Shown: one piece after another, positions 1-12,764 of the stretch
Numbering within the stretch: the stretch's first letter is position 1
Layout of the letters: every line of letters starts with the position of its first letter
Source: Octopus vulgaris
Lineage: Eukaryota
Direction of reading: 5' to 3'
Assembly: GCA_951406725.2 (NCBI GenBank)
Contig: OX597816.1
Span: 129,642,001 to 129,706,000 of the forward strand
DNA length: 64,000 nucleotides
Notes under the pieces: model-generated
What the model saw: only the letters and a program-made list of their open reading frames with translations
The model's database searches: none
Told to the model about the DNA's origin: nothing
Program-made: the position numbers and the translations under genes

Positions 1-316
1 TTACCTGTTCTTCAGATAAAATATTCTACCAATCTAAGACATCAAAAAGTACCTTCCCCTAGTTTCTTTTCTCCTAATTAGAAAAAGTATGCTCAGAGTA
101 GGCCCATTCAGCAAGCGGTCATAATGTCAAAGAGGAATATTAACATCTGCACTACTTTGCTCAAGCAGAAACAAGCACAGAATATATGACTGTGTGGTTA
201 AAAATTCGCTTCCCAACCACTCAATTTTGGGTTCTGTCCCTCCTCGAATAAAATTTAGACTAAGGCAGTTTTAACAGAGTTTAGACTCAAAAACAGGGGA
301 TTGGGTGATGTAAATA

Positions 317-828
317 CCGTAAATCCTTGAGTATAATCCGCATTTTTTTCCCAAAATTTAAAGGTCAAAATCCCTAGTGCGTACTATATACAATGTTAAA
401 AATGAAAATTATTTTCTAAGCAATGTCCGAGTCTCTATTTGCTGTCTGGTTATGTGTATTCAGACGCATTTTGTGATGACAGGCGTGAAAATACCTTAAG
501 CTAAGCCTGAAAGCAATGAAGTCATAAAAGGATCATCCATAACTTGCAGTAATCAACATTTATTAAACGTTATTACTGTTATTTCTTTATTTTCTGCAAA
601 CAAAATGCACAAAAAAGCTACACTTTTGCATTATGTTATATATACAATAATAATAAAGGACGTTACCGTATACATTTTTATAAACCAAGAACGTTATATA
701 GACCTTCTTGATTCAAGTTAGAGAAGGGGTGTGTATTATATACAAGGTTTAGGTTTTTCAGAGATACAGCCCCGTGAAAATCCTCTGCGTATTATACTCA
801 AGGGCAGACTATACTCAAGGATTTACGG
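317..828. mobile_element. Tc1/mariner-type MITE
   Basis: Perfect TIR CCGTAAATCCTTGAGTATA / TATACTCAAGGATTTACGG, flanked by TA at 315-316 and 829-830; no ORF. Confidence 0.85.
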
Positions 829-1161
829 TACTATAATGTATTTAATCTGGCACACTGTTACTATAGTAATTCCTCAAACATTCTTTTTATCTTTGTCATG
901 TTAGATATCATTCCAGTTCTCTTCATTGTTTATTCTAGCTTGAAATCTGTTATTGTAATTATCAGTCTTTCTTTACATATTGTTGCTACTACGTGATATA
1001 ACTTAATAACGATCATACTAACAAACAATTACACTTGACTCCAAGTTCTGTGTAAGATTGATAGACAATGAGCAGTTTAGCTTCACCATAAGGCACATGG
1101 CCGGAGTCATCAAAGGATGTGGGTTCGAGTCTCATGACTTGTTGTTGACAATAATAGGTGT

Positions 1162-1553
1162 AGGAGTGGCTGTGTGGTAAGTAACTTGCTTACCAACTAC
1201 ATAGTTCCGGTTTCAGTTCCACTGCGTGGCACCTTGGGCAAGTGTCTTCTACTATAGCCTCGAGCCGTCCAAAGACTTGTGAGTGGATTTGGTAGACAGA
1301 AACTGAAAGAGGCCAGTCGTATATATGTATGTATGTACATGTGTGTGTATGTTTGTGTGTCTGTTTGTGTCCCCCCAACATCGCTTGACAACCGATGGTG
1401 TGTGTTTACATCCCCGTAACTTAGCGGTTTGGCAAAAGAGACTGATAGAATAAGTACTAGGCTTACAAAGAATAAGTCCTGGGGTTGATTTGCTCGACTA
1501 AAAGGCTGTGCTCCAGCATGGCCACAGTCAAATGACTGAAACAAGCAAAAGAG
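1162..1553 (+). mobile_element. tRNA-derived SINE, family A (octopus-type)
   Basis: A-box-like TGGCTGTGTGG and B-box-like GTTTCAGTTCC, internal (TG)n, tail ...GACTGAAACAAG; related copies at about 7385-7800, 8708-9075, 13250-13945, 18885-19245, 23395-23725 and 40575-40985. Confidence 0.85.
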
Positions 1554-2009
1554 TATACACTCATCAGATATACAGGTTTTGGACTTAAGTTGAACACAGC
1601 AAAGCAGCCTGCTTTGTTGCGTCCAAGTACTAAGTTTGTACGTCTGAAAAGTATAAATCTATTAACCTCACATGAAACTTGAAGTCATGTGTAACTATTT
1701 GTAAGTATGATCATCATTAAATTATATGATACTTCCTCTGTCTTTTATATAGTTGAATGCTCTTTTTTTCTCTTTTTTTTTTTTGCAATGAACCATAACA
1801 AATCGGGTATATGTGTGTGTGTATATAAACAACTCCATGAATCTAATATTTCTAAAATCTCTATTATTCAGAAATATAATTTTGGATGTATTGGAATGTA
1901 ATATAACATCGAATTTTATTTGATATTGGATGACAAAATCCTCTCAGTAAGATTCAATGTTTTCTTTAGATTAACATGATTAACCATTCATTTTCACCAT
2001 CTTTTACAG

Positions 2010-2080
2010 GTATGTGATTCTTGTTGCAACATCTGGAGATACTGGAAGTGCTGTGATAGATGGATTTTCGAAATTGGAAA
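2010..2080 (+). CDS. THNSL1: Threonine synthase-like 1, internal coding exon (first in window; upstream exons outside window)
   Basis: ttttacAG|G...GAAA|GTgagt; encodes YVILVATSGDTGSAVIDGFSKLE, containing the ATSGDTG motif of PLP-dependent threonine synthases. Confidence 0.93.
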
Positions 2081-2239
2081 GTGAGTTTTTGTATGAGTCT
2101 CTATGAATGAAAAAATAAGAACTATAATTAGTAAAATGTTTATTGTACCACTGCCAGATTTTTTTTTATGCTGGTAATATCTTGCAGTATATATTTCAGT
2201 TCTTTTACATTTTGAGTCCAAATCCTATCACAGTCAACT

Positions 2240-2451
2240 TTCAGTTCTGTATTTAAGAGATGAGGAATTATGGCCATTATTTACATTTGATGGATATTTG
2301 TCCTCATCTTGTTTGTTGTTAACACGTTTTGGCTGATATACCCTCCAGCCTTCATCAGGTGTCTTGAGGAAATTTCGAACCTGGGTCTTCATTCCTAAGG
2401 TATTTTTCGATGTTGTTGTTGTTGTTTTTATTATTATTATTATTATCATCA

Positions 2452-2523
<72 letters not shown>

Positions 2524-2569
2524 TCACTGCCACTAAACCCAAGATTCCGAGTTTGATTCCAGGCAGTGA

Positions 2570-2608
<39 letters not shown>
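2240..2608 (-). mobile_element. Penelope-like element 3' end with short inverted duplication and decayed hammerhead
   Basis: Reverse complement matches 51290-51465; hammerhead at 2321-2363 has GAAA changed to AAAA; inverted AGGTCACTGCC/GGCAGTGACCT plus (AAT)n at about 2505-2608. Confidence 0.75.
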
Positions 2609-2610
<2 letters not shown>

Positions 2611-2726
2611 CAGACTGGAGTCTCGTGCAGCCCCTCAGCTTACCAGCCCTGGTCAAACCGTCCAACACATACAAGCATGGACAACGGATGTTAAATGATG
2701 ATGATAATGATTATCATTATTTGTAA

Positions 2727-2915
2727 GGCAGCGAGTCAGCAGAATTGTTAGCATGCCTTTACATGTCTTTAAATTCTGAGTTCAAATTCTGCCAAGATCA
2801 ACTTTGCTTTTCATTTTTTCACGGTCAATGACATAAGTATCATCTGAGCACTGGGGTAGACATAATTGATTAGCACCCTCCTTGATCAAAATTTCAGGTT
2901 TTTCAGGTCTATAGT
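2727..2915 (+). mobile_element. SINE family B (tRNA-like head; core TTCTGAGTTCAAATTC...GCCTTTCATCCTTTC.GGGTCGATAAAATAAGTACC)
   Basis: Many diverged copies, e.g. about 15225-15390, 19755-19945, 26553-26757, 32355-32505 and 41928-42135 (+), and 18355-18580, 39230-39410 and 61978-62150 (-). Confidence 0.75.
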
Positions 2916-2995
2916 ATAAAGAATTATTATTATTTGTACATTAGACTACTCAAGTCTTGAACAGTTGCTTAAATAACTCTGATAAATTCTTTAAG

Positions 2996-3100
2996 GTAAT
3001 GGATCCCTCGGTGTGATGGTACTTTACCCAAAAGATGGTGTCAGCAAAATACAGAAAAAACTGATGATCAACGCAGATAGAAAAAACGTCCATGTTATTG
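2996..3100 (+). CDS. THNSL1: THNSL1 internal exon (105 nt, phase 1-1)
   Basis: ctttaAG|GT...ATTG|GTaaat; encodes (S)NGSLGVMVLYPKDGVSKIQKKLMINADRKNVHVI(E), matching the LYPxxGVSxxQ motif; in frame with both flanking exons. Confidence 0.92.
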
Positions 3101-3330
3101 GTAAATATAATTAAATTTTTTTCATTGTATTTGTCCGAACATTTCACAGTTTAGTGCCAATATTCTTCTCATGTCTACCTTAACTGATGGACGGGAATGA
3201 CTAAATAAGATTTGAGCCAATGCAGAAGCCTCTTAGTGGTCACTTGATCTGCTACAAGTAGCAGCTAAATCTTCCTCAAATTGCACCCAATTATCTTAAA
3301 AAGGAAGGGCATATTGGATAATGTAGTTCT

Positions 3331-4840
3331 GTGACTGGGAGGGTTCACCAAGGATCAGTTCTCAGCTCCTTCTTATTCATTATAGTCCTCCAAGCAATAA
3401 CCGAGGAATTCAAGACAGGCTGCCCTTGGGAGCTCCTCTATGCTGATGACCTTGCTCTAATAGCTGAGTCACTGCTAGAACTAGAGATGAAGTTTAGAGT
3501 GTGGAAGCAAAGTTTAGAATCGAAAGGCCTGAGGGTTAACCTAGCAAAAACCAAAGTTTTAGCAAGTAGGAAAGCTGTCAAATCACAAACCCCTTCAGGT
3601 AGATGGCCCTGCTCGATCTGTAGAAAAGGTGTAGTTAGAAACTCCATACGATGTACCCTGTGTAAGCTATGGACACATAAAAGGTGCAGCAACATCAAAA
3701 GAAGGTTAACCAGGAAGATAGTTTTTGTGTGTGGCAGATGCACAGGGGCAATAAACACTGAAGATGTACAGAAGACAGATTCCATCACATGCCAGGAAGA
3801 AAAACTAGAAGAAGTTAATAGCTTCCGCTACCTAGGCAACTAAGTCTGTAGTGGGGGATGATGCTTTGAGAGTGTAGTGGCTAGAATAGGAATAGCCTGG
3901 GTAAAGTTCAGGGAGCTCCTACCTCTGCTGGCAACTATGGGCTTCTCACTCTGGATGAAAGGTAGACTGTATGATGCATGTGTGTGAACTGCCATGCTAC
4001 ATGGGTCATGACTGCTGAGGACATGTGTAGGCTTGAAAGAAATGAATCTAGTATGATCTGTTGGATGTGTAATGTCAGTGTGCATACACGACAGAGTGTG
4101 ATCACTCTGAGAGAAAAGTTGGGCATAAGAAGCATCAAATGTAGTGTACAAGAGAGATGACTGTGTTGGTATGGTCATATGTGTTACATATGGATGAGGA
4201 CAGCTGTATGAGGAAATGCCACTCCTTAGCTGTGGAAGGAACCTGTGGAAGAGGTAGACCCAGGAAGACATGGGACAAGGTGGTGAAGCATAACCTTCAA
4301 ACATTGGGCCTCACAGAAGCAATGACAGGAGACTGAGACTTTTGGAGATATACTGTGATTGAGAAGACCTGCCAACTAAAGTGAGATTGCAGCCATGCAT
4401 GTCCGGCCCAGTTGAGAGTACCCCTGATGCATCAGGAAACATGATATGCTTGAAAAGACTTGTTGAGTCAAGTAAAACCAATATCGTAGCAGTGACCAGT
4501 GCCCCCTGACTGGCTCCTGTGCTGGTGGCACGTAAAAAGCACCATCCAAACATGTAGATGTCAGGTTCACCTGACTGGCTCCCGTGCTGGTGTCACATAA
4601 AAAGCACTATCTGAACATGATCAATGCCAGGCCTGTCTGACTGGCTCCTGTTCCGGTGGCACATAAAAAGCACCCACTACACTCTTGGAGTGGTTGGCAT
4701 TAGGAAGGGCATTCAGCTGTAGAAACATTGCCTGATCAGATTGGAGCCTGGTGCAGCCGTTGGCTCTCCAGACCTCAGTCATACTGTTCAACCCATGCCA
4801 GCATGGAAAATGGACGTTAAATGATAATGATGATGATGAT
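3331..4840 (+). mobile_element. RTE-clade LINE, old 5'-truncated degenerate copy
   Basis: HQGSVLS, LLYADDLAL, PHD-like Cys cluster, FRYLG and GRPRKTW remnants with stops; 3'UTR repeats; (GAT)n tail. Confidence 0.9.
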
Positions 4841-7800
4841 GGTGCTTGTTGAGTAGGCAGAATGTAAGTTTGAAAGAAAAGCAGTTCTGAGTAAGGATAG
4901 GATAAAATTCATCATCATCATTGAACGTCTGTTTTCCATGCTGTCATGGGTTGGACCGTTTGACAGGAGCTGATCAGCTGAAGGGTTGTTCAGGCTCCAT
5001 GTCTGTTTTGGCATGGTTTCTATGACTTGATGCTCTTCCTAATGCCAACCACTTTACAGAGTGTACTGGGTGCTTTCATGTATCACAGGCATGGGTGCTT
5101 TTTATGTGGCACTAGCACCTACAACCCTGCAAGATTAGGGATGCTCAGCTGGAAAAGGTTGCCGGGTACAAGATTGTTGTGTAACTATAAGGAGACCAAT
5201 GGAGTGGCCACTCCCTCTGAGTATATTATTCAAAATATATACTTTTTCAACAGCATTTTTTAAAACTCTTTACTTTGCTTGTGCATTACTAGTCAACTCT
5301 CATAATTTTTTTATTGCAAGACCTATGCCTTGGAAGAATTTTCTAAACTTCTTACTTTATTCAGCCAGCATTTCAGTGCTTTTGAACTTTGTACTCAGTC
5401 CCCTGTGATATTTTGGTGACTTTTGACATCTGGGGAAACAAAACAAACCATCATAACATCCATGCTGATTGGGGATGATCCTATGCAGTTAGATCATTTT
5501 CAGGTTACATGCTGCAACCCTTGTAATTCTAAGTTTCATACATATTGACATTATTACTCCCCAAGCAGCATACTAGCATCCTTCCTTTCTAGTTTATGCA
5601 TGTTGTCTGCATGTCTTGCATGTCTTGCTACCATGGAGCACAGCCATTTGTACACACGCATCATACAATCTGCCTTTCACTCTCAGAAGAAATCCTCATG
5701 TCAACAGAGGCAATAGCTCTCTGAACTTCCTCCATCTTAATCTCATTCTAGCAACAATGCTTTCAGTACATCACTCAGATGTCATCTACACTGACGAAAA
5801 TAAATTCAAGACCGATGATAAAAGTTCTATTTCTTACAAAATATTTCTGCATCATTCGAAAGAGAAATAAATTCTGCATAAAGAGTAAAAGATAAAAATA
5901 ATTTGTATGGTGTTAGTAACAAAATATTTTGTAAGAAATAGAACTATTATCATCGGTCTTAAATATATTTTCGCCAGTGTACAATCAAACTAAAATTATG
6001 CAAGAATTTTGTTTATTTAAAAACATAGACAAAGAAATAATGAGTACCAATAGTAAGGCAAATTCAAATATTAAAAAAATAACTGTCAATTCATGATCCT
6101 CAATGTTTTATGTTCAATTTATCCTAATCTGTTTACTGTGTGCCACATTGTTTTCACCTTCTGATAATGAGCACAGTTATGAAATGACTTTCTAATTATT
6201 TAAAAATATAACTCCACAATGAACAAGAGTAAATTGTCCGAGTTAGCTTTGCTGCTGAAAGGTCTTATAATAAAATAAGAAGATAACTTTGCTAAATGAA
6301 ACCTAGACAGAAGAGACTGTTGTAGTTCCTTCATACATTTTTCATATTTATTACAGTTTCATTTTATATTTAAAATTAAAATAACTAAATAGCACAATGA
6401 TTTTTTTTATTATGCTTTGAAATTTATGAACTATTTTTATATCATGTTTTGGTCTTAATTACAAAATAACAATTATACACTTGTTTTAAAACTGTATTTT
6501 CTTTGTGTTTTGGTTTTGTTCATTTTAGAGATAAATTTAAAGTGTATAATGAGTTTGAAATTATTTGTTATGAGACATGACTGTTTTTTGAATGTTTTTA
6601 TGCCTGTTCCACCTAACTTTAGAACCTGGTTATACCACTAAATTAATGCCTGGAGTAGCAAATGTTAGTAGGATGGGAAAGTAAGATGGGGTACTTCAAG
6701 TTGGTTTAGATGAGAATAATACAAAGATAGAAAATCCATAGAAGAGAGTATTGCTTTGTCAATGAAACAAAAAGAAAATAGAATTCTACTGTGATAAAGA
6801 AATTCTATCTGAATCACTGTAGAATATTATTTTTTTGCAAAAGGAATATATGATGGTCATGGTTGATGTTTAACATCTGGTAAGCTCTGATGAAAGAATC
6901 CTATACTCAGAGTATTCCATCCATGACTATCTCATCTTATATTCAAACAATATATCCAGGACTATGTTATTCAGTGTGTCCTGCCTTTCCTTTAAGATGG
7001 TGTAATTCAGTTTTAGAATAGGAACACTGCGTCCCTACATGTCATAAAGGAATAAAGGATGACTAAAAGGTTGGTAACAGGAAGGGCTTCTGGCCATAAA
7101 ACGCTGCCTCAGGAAACTCATCCAACCCCTGACAGCATGGAAAAGTAGATGTAACATGATAGTGGTGCTGATACTGGTGCTACAGCTGGTGGTGGTGTGT
7201 GGTTTAAGGGGAACTTGGCCACCACTTCCTGTAGGCCAGGCAAACACACTGAGATTCCCTCACTAGTTTGTGTATATCAAAGGTGATGGTGCTAGTAATT
7301 GTTAGAGCTGTAACTGTATTCAGTTATGTGGCCTCCCCAAAAACCCCATTTCTGCATTTGAATTGTTAACATGGCGTATGTGTGGATATGTGGGTAAAAA
7401 GTTTGCTTCCTAACCATGTGGTCTTCGGTTCAGTTTCACTGTGTGGCACCTTGGGAAAGTGTCTTCTACTATAGCCCTAGGCCAACCAAAATCTTGTGAG
7501 TATATGTGGTAGACAGAAACTGAAAGAAGCCTGTTATGTGTGCGCGGTGCATGTGTGTGTTCATGTATATATCTATGTATGTGTTTTTCTTTGTGTTTAT
7601 GTTGTGTTTGTCCCCCACCATATCTTGTTAACCAGTGTTGGTTTGACAAAAGGGACCGATTGAATAGCTATGACAAAAGGGACCAACTGAATAGCTATGA
7701 GAGTTTGAAAATAAGTACTGGAGTCAATCTGATTAAATCCTTCGAAACGGTGCTCCAGCGTGGTAGTAGTCCAATGATTAAAACAAGTAAATAATAAAAG

Positions 7801-9376
7801 AGAAGCTGGTTTTAATTTGACAACTACATTCATTTATTCTAAATCTATATACAGTTGTTATATTTGTTGCCATAATTGAAAAACTAAAATGTTGTTGACC
7901 TACATACAACAGGATATAGTTGTTTGATTTTCACCTACTTAAGAGAATACTGACATAGCATTAAATTTTGATGTCAGTCAACTGCAGCTATTTTTTCTAT
8001 GTGTGTGTGTTGGCTTTTTTTTCTCCACATCTTGCATTAATTTCTTTACAAAGTTGGCTTGGATAATTCTGAAAATGTTATTCTTACCAAACTGTTATGT
8101 AAAACATCTAGCTGGCATTAAATATCTGAACAGTTCCACACTTAACCCTCTGGCATTCAGATTACTCTGTCAAGTGAAATACTTATTTATTCACATTGTT
8201 TTGAATTAATTATGCATTATCTCATGACCTCAAGATTTCAATGATGTGATTGTTTATTTTTAGAATGAAATTGTAAGGTAGGTGTGAAAGGCTGGATATG
8301 GCTGGTTTAAACATAAAACAGGTGGAATATTTGAGCCAGTTTATATGTTAAAAGGTTAAAGTCTTTGTCTTAGTTTTCTGTTATGCCATTTGCATCTCAG
8401 ATACTATGTATTACACATTTTCAACCAATGTGCTCAAGCTTTCGAGATGAGGAGGAAAATGCTAGGATTTTTAGAAAACTTGATTGTTTTTAATGCTCTG
8501 CAAAGTCCAGTACATACACATATATCATCATCATCATTTAATGTCCATTTTCCATGCTGGTATGAGTTGGATGGTTCTACAGGAACTGGGAAGTCAGAAG
8601 ACTGCAGGAACTGTAAAGTCAGAAGACTGCACCAATCCCTGTTGTCATCTTCTCTGTTTTAAAACACTCTTAATACTCGTATTTTTATATAATAAAACCT
8701 TTTCAGACATGACTGTGTGGTAAGATACTTGCTTCTCAACTGCATGGTTCAGAGTTCAGACCCACTGTGTGGCACCTTGGGCAAGTGTCTTCAACTATAG
8801 CTTTGGGCTGACCAAAGTCTTGTAAGTGGATTTGGTAGACGAAAACTGAAAAAGCCCACTGTGTGTGTGTATGTGTTTGCCCCCACCAACATTTGACAAC
8901 CAGTGTTATGTCTACATCCCTGTAACTTAGTGGTTCAGTAAATGAGACGAATAGAATAAGAACCGTGCTTTACAAAAAAACAATAAATACTGGGGTTGAT
9001 TCATTCAACTAAAATTCTTCAAAGTGCTGCCCCAGCATGGCCACAGTCTAATGACTGAAACAAGAAAAAGATGAAAAAGAAAGCTGAGTGGATTGGCAGG
9101 ATTGTTAAAATATTGGATAGAATGTCTCATAGTATTTGTTCCAGCTCTCTGTATTCTGAGTTCAAATCCCATTGAGGTCAACTTTGCCTACCATCCTTTC
9201 TGGATTGATAAAAAAAAAAGTATCAATCTGGAGATGGGGAGACTGACTGGGTCAGACAAGATTGCTTGCCATATCTGACCCAGCCCCTTATGCTCTCACA
9301 GCAATGTTTGTCACAACACTGATGCCAAACCATATCAGCTCAAGTCAGTGAGCAACAACCAGCCTTCCTAATATAT

Positions 9377-12030
9377 CATCATCATCATCATCATCATCAT
9401 CGTTTAACGTCCGCTTTCCATGCTAGCATGGGTTGGACGGTTTAACTGGGGTCTGGGAAGCCCGAAGGCTGCACCAGGCCAGTCAGATCTGGCAGTGTTT
9501 CTACAGCTGGATGCCCTTCCTAACGCCAACCACTCCGAGAGTGTAGTGGGTGATTTTATGTGCCACCGACACAGGTGTCAGACGAGGCTGGTGAATGGCC
9601 ACGCTCGGATGGTGTTTTTATGTGCCACCGACACAGGTGCCAGACGAGGCTGGCGGACGGCCACGCTCGGATATTGTTTTTTATGTGCCACCGACACAGG
9701 TGCCAGACGAGGCTGGCAAACGGCCACGCTTGGATGGTGTTTTTTATGTGCCACCGACACAGGTGCCAGACGAGGCTGGCGAATGGCCACGATCGGATGG
9801 TGTTTGTTATGTGCCCACAGCACGGAGGCCAGTCGATGCGGTACTGGCTACGACCACGTTCGGATGGTTTTCTTATGTGCCACCGGCACTGGTACCACAA
9901 AGATACAAATTCCATTGATGTTCATCTATTTTGATTTGGTTTGATTTTCACTTGCCTCAACAGGTCTTCACAAGTGTCACAAGAAGGAAGGTATGCACAG
10001 GTGGACTGACTACGTCCCAGGTAGGGGCCACGGGTTATGGCCTCACTAGTCTTGCCGGGTCTTCTCACGCACAGCATACTTCCATAGGTCTCGGTCTCTA
10101 GTCATTTCCTTGGTGAGACCTAAAGTTCGAAGGTCGTGCTTCACCACCTCGTCCCAGGTTTTCCTGGGTCTACCTCTTCCACAGGTTCCCTCAACTGCTA
10201 GGGTGTAGCACTTTTGCACACAACTATCTTCAGCCATTCTCGTCACATGACCATACCAGCACAGCCAGCTCTCTTGCACACCACCACTGATGCTTCTTAG
10301 GTTCAACTTTTCTCTCAAGGTACTTACACTCTGTCGATTATGAACACTGACATTACACATCCATCGGAGCATACTGGCTTCATTTCTTGCGAGCTTACAC
10401 ATATCCTCAGCAGTCACGGCCCATGTTTCACTACCATGTAGCATGGCTGTATGTACACATGCATCATACAGTCTGCCTTTTACTCTGAGTGAGAGGCCTT
10501 TTGTCACCAGCAGGGGTAAGAGCTCTCTAAACTTTGCCCAGGCTATTCTTACTCTAGCAGTTACACTTTCAGCACACCCACCCCCGCTACTGACTTGGTC
10601 ACCTAGGTAGCGGAAGCTATCAACTACTTCTAGTTTGTCTCCCTGGAACGTGGTAGAAGTTGGTCTCTGCACATTTCCAGTGTTTATTGTTCCTGAGCAT
10701 CTGCCACAGACAAAAACTATTTTCCTAGTTAGCCTTCCTTTGACATTGTTGCACCTCTTATGTGTCCATAGCTTACACTTGGTGCACCTTATAGAGTTTC
10801 TACCTACACCTTTTTTACAGATCAAGCAGGACCATCTACCTGAAGTCGTTTGTGATTGGTCCACCTTCCTACTTATTAGGACTTTGGTTTTGGCTAGGTT
10901 GATTCTAAGGCCCTTCGATTCTAATCCTTGTTTCCACACCTGAAACTTCTCCTCCAGTTCTGATAGTGACTCAGCAATTAGAGCAAGGTCATCAGCATAG
11001 AGGAGCTCCCAGGGGCATCCTGTCTTGAATTCCTCCGTTATTGCCTGGAGGACTATGATAAATAGGAGGGGACTGAGGACTGAACCTTGGTGGACCCCAA
11101 CCTCTACCCGGAATTCTTCACTGTACTCGTTGCCAACCCTCACCTTACTAGCAGCGTCTCTGTACATGGCTCGTACAGCTCTCACTAACCATTCATCTAT
11201 CCCTAGTTTCCTCATTGACCACCAGATAAGGGATTGGGGGACCCTGTCAAAGGCTTTCTCCATGTCAACAAAAGCCAGGTACAGGGGCTTATCTTTGGCT
11301 AGGTATTTCTCCTGCAGCTGTCTTACCAGGAATATAGCATCAGTAGTACTTTTCCCTGGCACGAACCCAAACTGCATCTCATCTAAGCTAACTCTCTCTC
11401 TAATTAATTGGGCTATAACCCTCTCCGTAACCTTCATTACCTGATCCAGCAGCTTGATACCCCTGTAGTTATTTGTATCTAGGGCGTCACCTTTACCTTT
11501 GTAGCAGTTGACTATTATGCTGCTACACCAGTCATTGGGTATGACTCCTTCGTGTATCACCTGATTAAACTATACAGGTGACTAGGCTATAGCCGACACT
11601 ACCAGATATTTTGAGCATCTCTGCAGTAATTCCTGATGGGCCTGGGGCTTTCCCTGTTTTCATGCTTGTAATTGCCTTAACTACTAAGAAACTGTTAACT
11701 TGGATTGCTGGTCCCTCTGTTAGGTCCACATTCGGCAGTTTCTTTATCCCATTCATTTTCCTCATTCAGCAACCTTTCATAGTGGCGTCTCCAAGCCTCT
11801 CTCTTTGCATCCTCATTTAGCGCAAGTGAACCGTCATCCTTGCGAACACATTTCTCTCCTACCACGTCATGATTCTCTCTCACACACTGTCTTGCAACAC
11901 GAAATACCTCAAGTCTTTCATCCTCACGGCGCAGGATATTGGCAAATTTTTTCTTATCTGCTTCCCCTCTGGCTAGATAGACCTGTCTCCTAGCTTCCCT
12001 TCTGGCAGTCTGATACACTTCCCTGCTACC
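9377..12030 (-). mobile_element. RTE-clade LINE, young 5'-truncated copy (504-aa RT ORF at 10046-11560)
   Basis: RT motifs YRGIKLL, QFGF, FVDMEKAFD, HQGSVLSP, YADD, FRYLG and GRPRKTW; 63-bp 3'UTR array; (GAT)n tail; 5' end abuts (AT)n. Confidence 0.96.
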
Positions 12031-12678
12031 ATATATATATATATATATATATACTATATATATATATATAAATTGCTCTGGCTTGCTCATATATATGCAC
12101 ATTTATGGTCAGCCTTGACCAGTCCCTATTAGGTATTCTGTAACACATTTAGCTCCTGTACATGAGAGGGAAAAAGGTTGAAAATTACTACTCTATAGGA
12201 TCTAGCACTTGACAAGTACTTTATTTTATCAATTGTAGAAGGATAAAATGTACAGAAGACCTCAGCAGGATTTGAACTCAGAATGTAAATGATCATAACT
12301 ACATATCACAGCTATTTTATTCAATGTTCTAATGACTCTGTTAATACACCACCATCAACTTAGTATCATTCTAAATCAATTTCCAATGGCTGACATCTTA
12401 CTGGATTATGATCCACAGAACCAAGCCCTAAGATGTCTCATTAAAGAATATTGTTCTGAAATACGATATGGTTTACTGCCTTCACATCACTAATTTGGAT
12501 ATTTAGTGAAAGCAAGCAATGAGCAAACATTTTCCCCTTGAACACAACTGTAAAATATTTTTTTTCTAAACTTCAATGCACATGGAGATATAAACAGAAA
12601 GTAAATAGAAAATCAGTTGTTGTTCTTTAACCCCAGGTCAACTCTCACGGAAGAGGCTATTTTTTGTCAACCACAATC

Positions 12679-12709
<31 letters not shown>

Positions 12710-12764
12710 CATAGATGCACATTAAATATAAAAGTGTTTTTGGTATAATGTATCCAGGTACAGA

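Noticed and set aside
9420-9944. Repetitive ORFs and a CRISPR-like periodic array
   Set aside because: This is the tandem 63-bp repeat of the RTE 3'UTR, with no unique spacers and no cas genes, in a eukaryotic context.
11025-11444. Plus-strand ORFs of 100-140 aa (also 57046-57465 and 10635-10943)
   Set aside because: These are antisense shadows of the RTE RT coding sequence.
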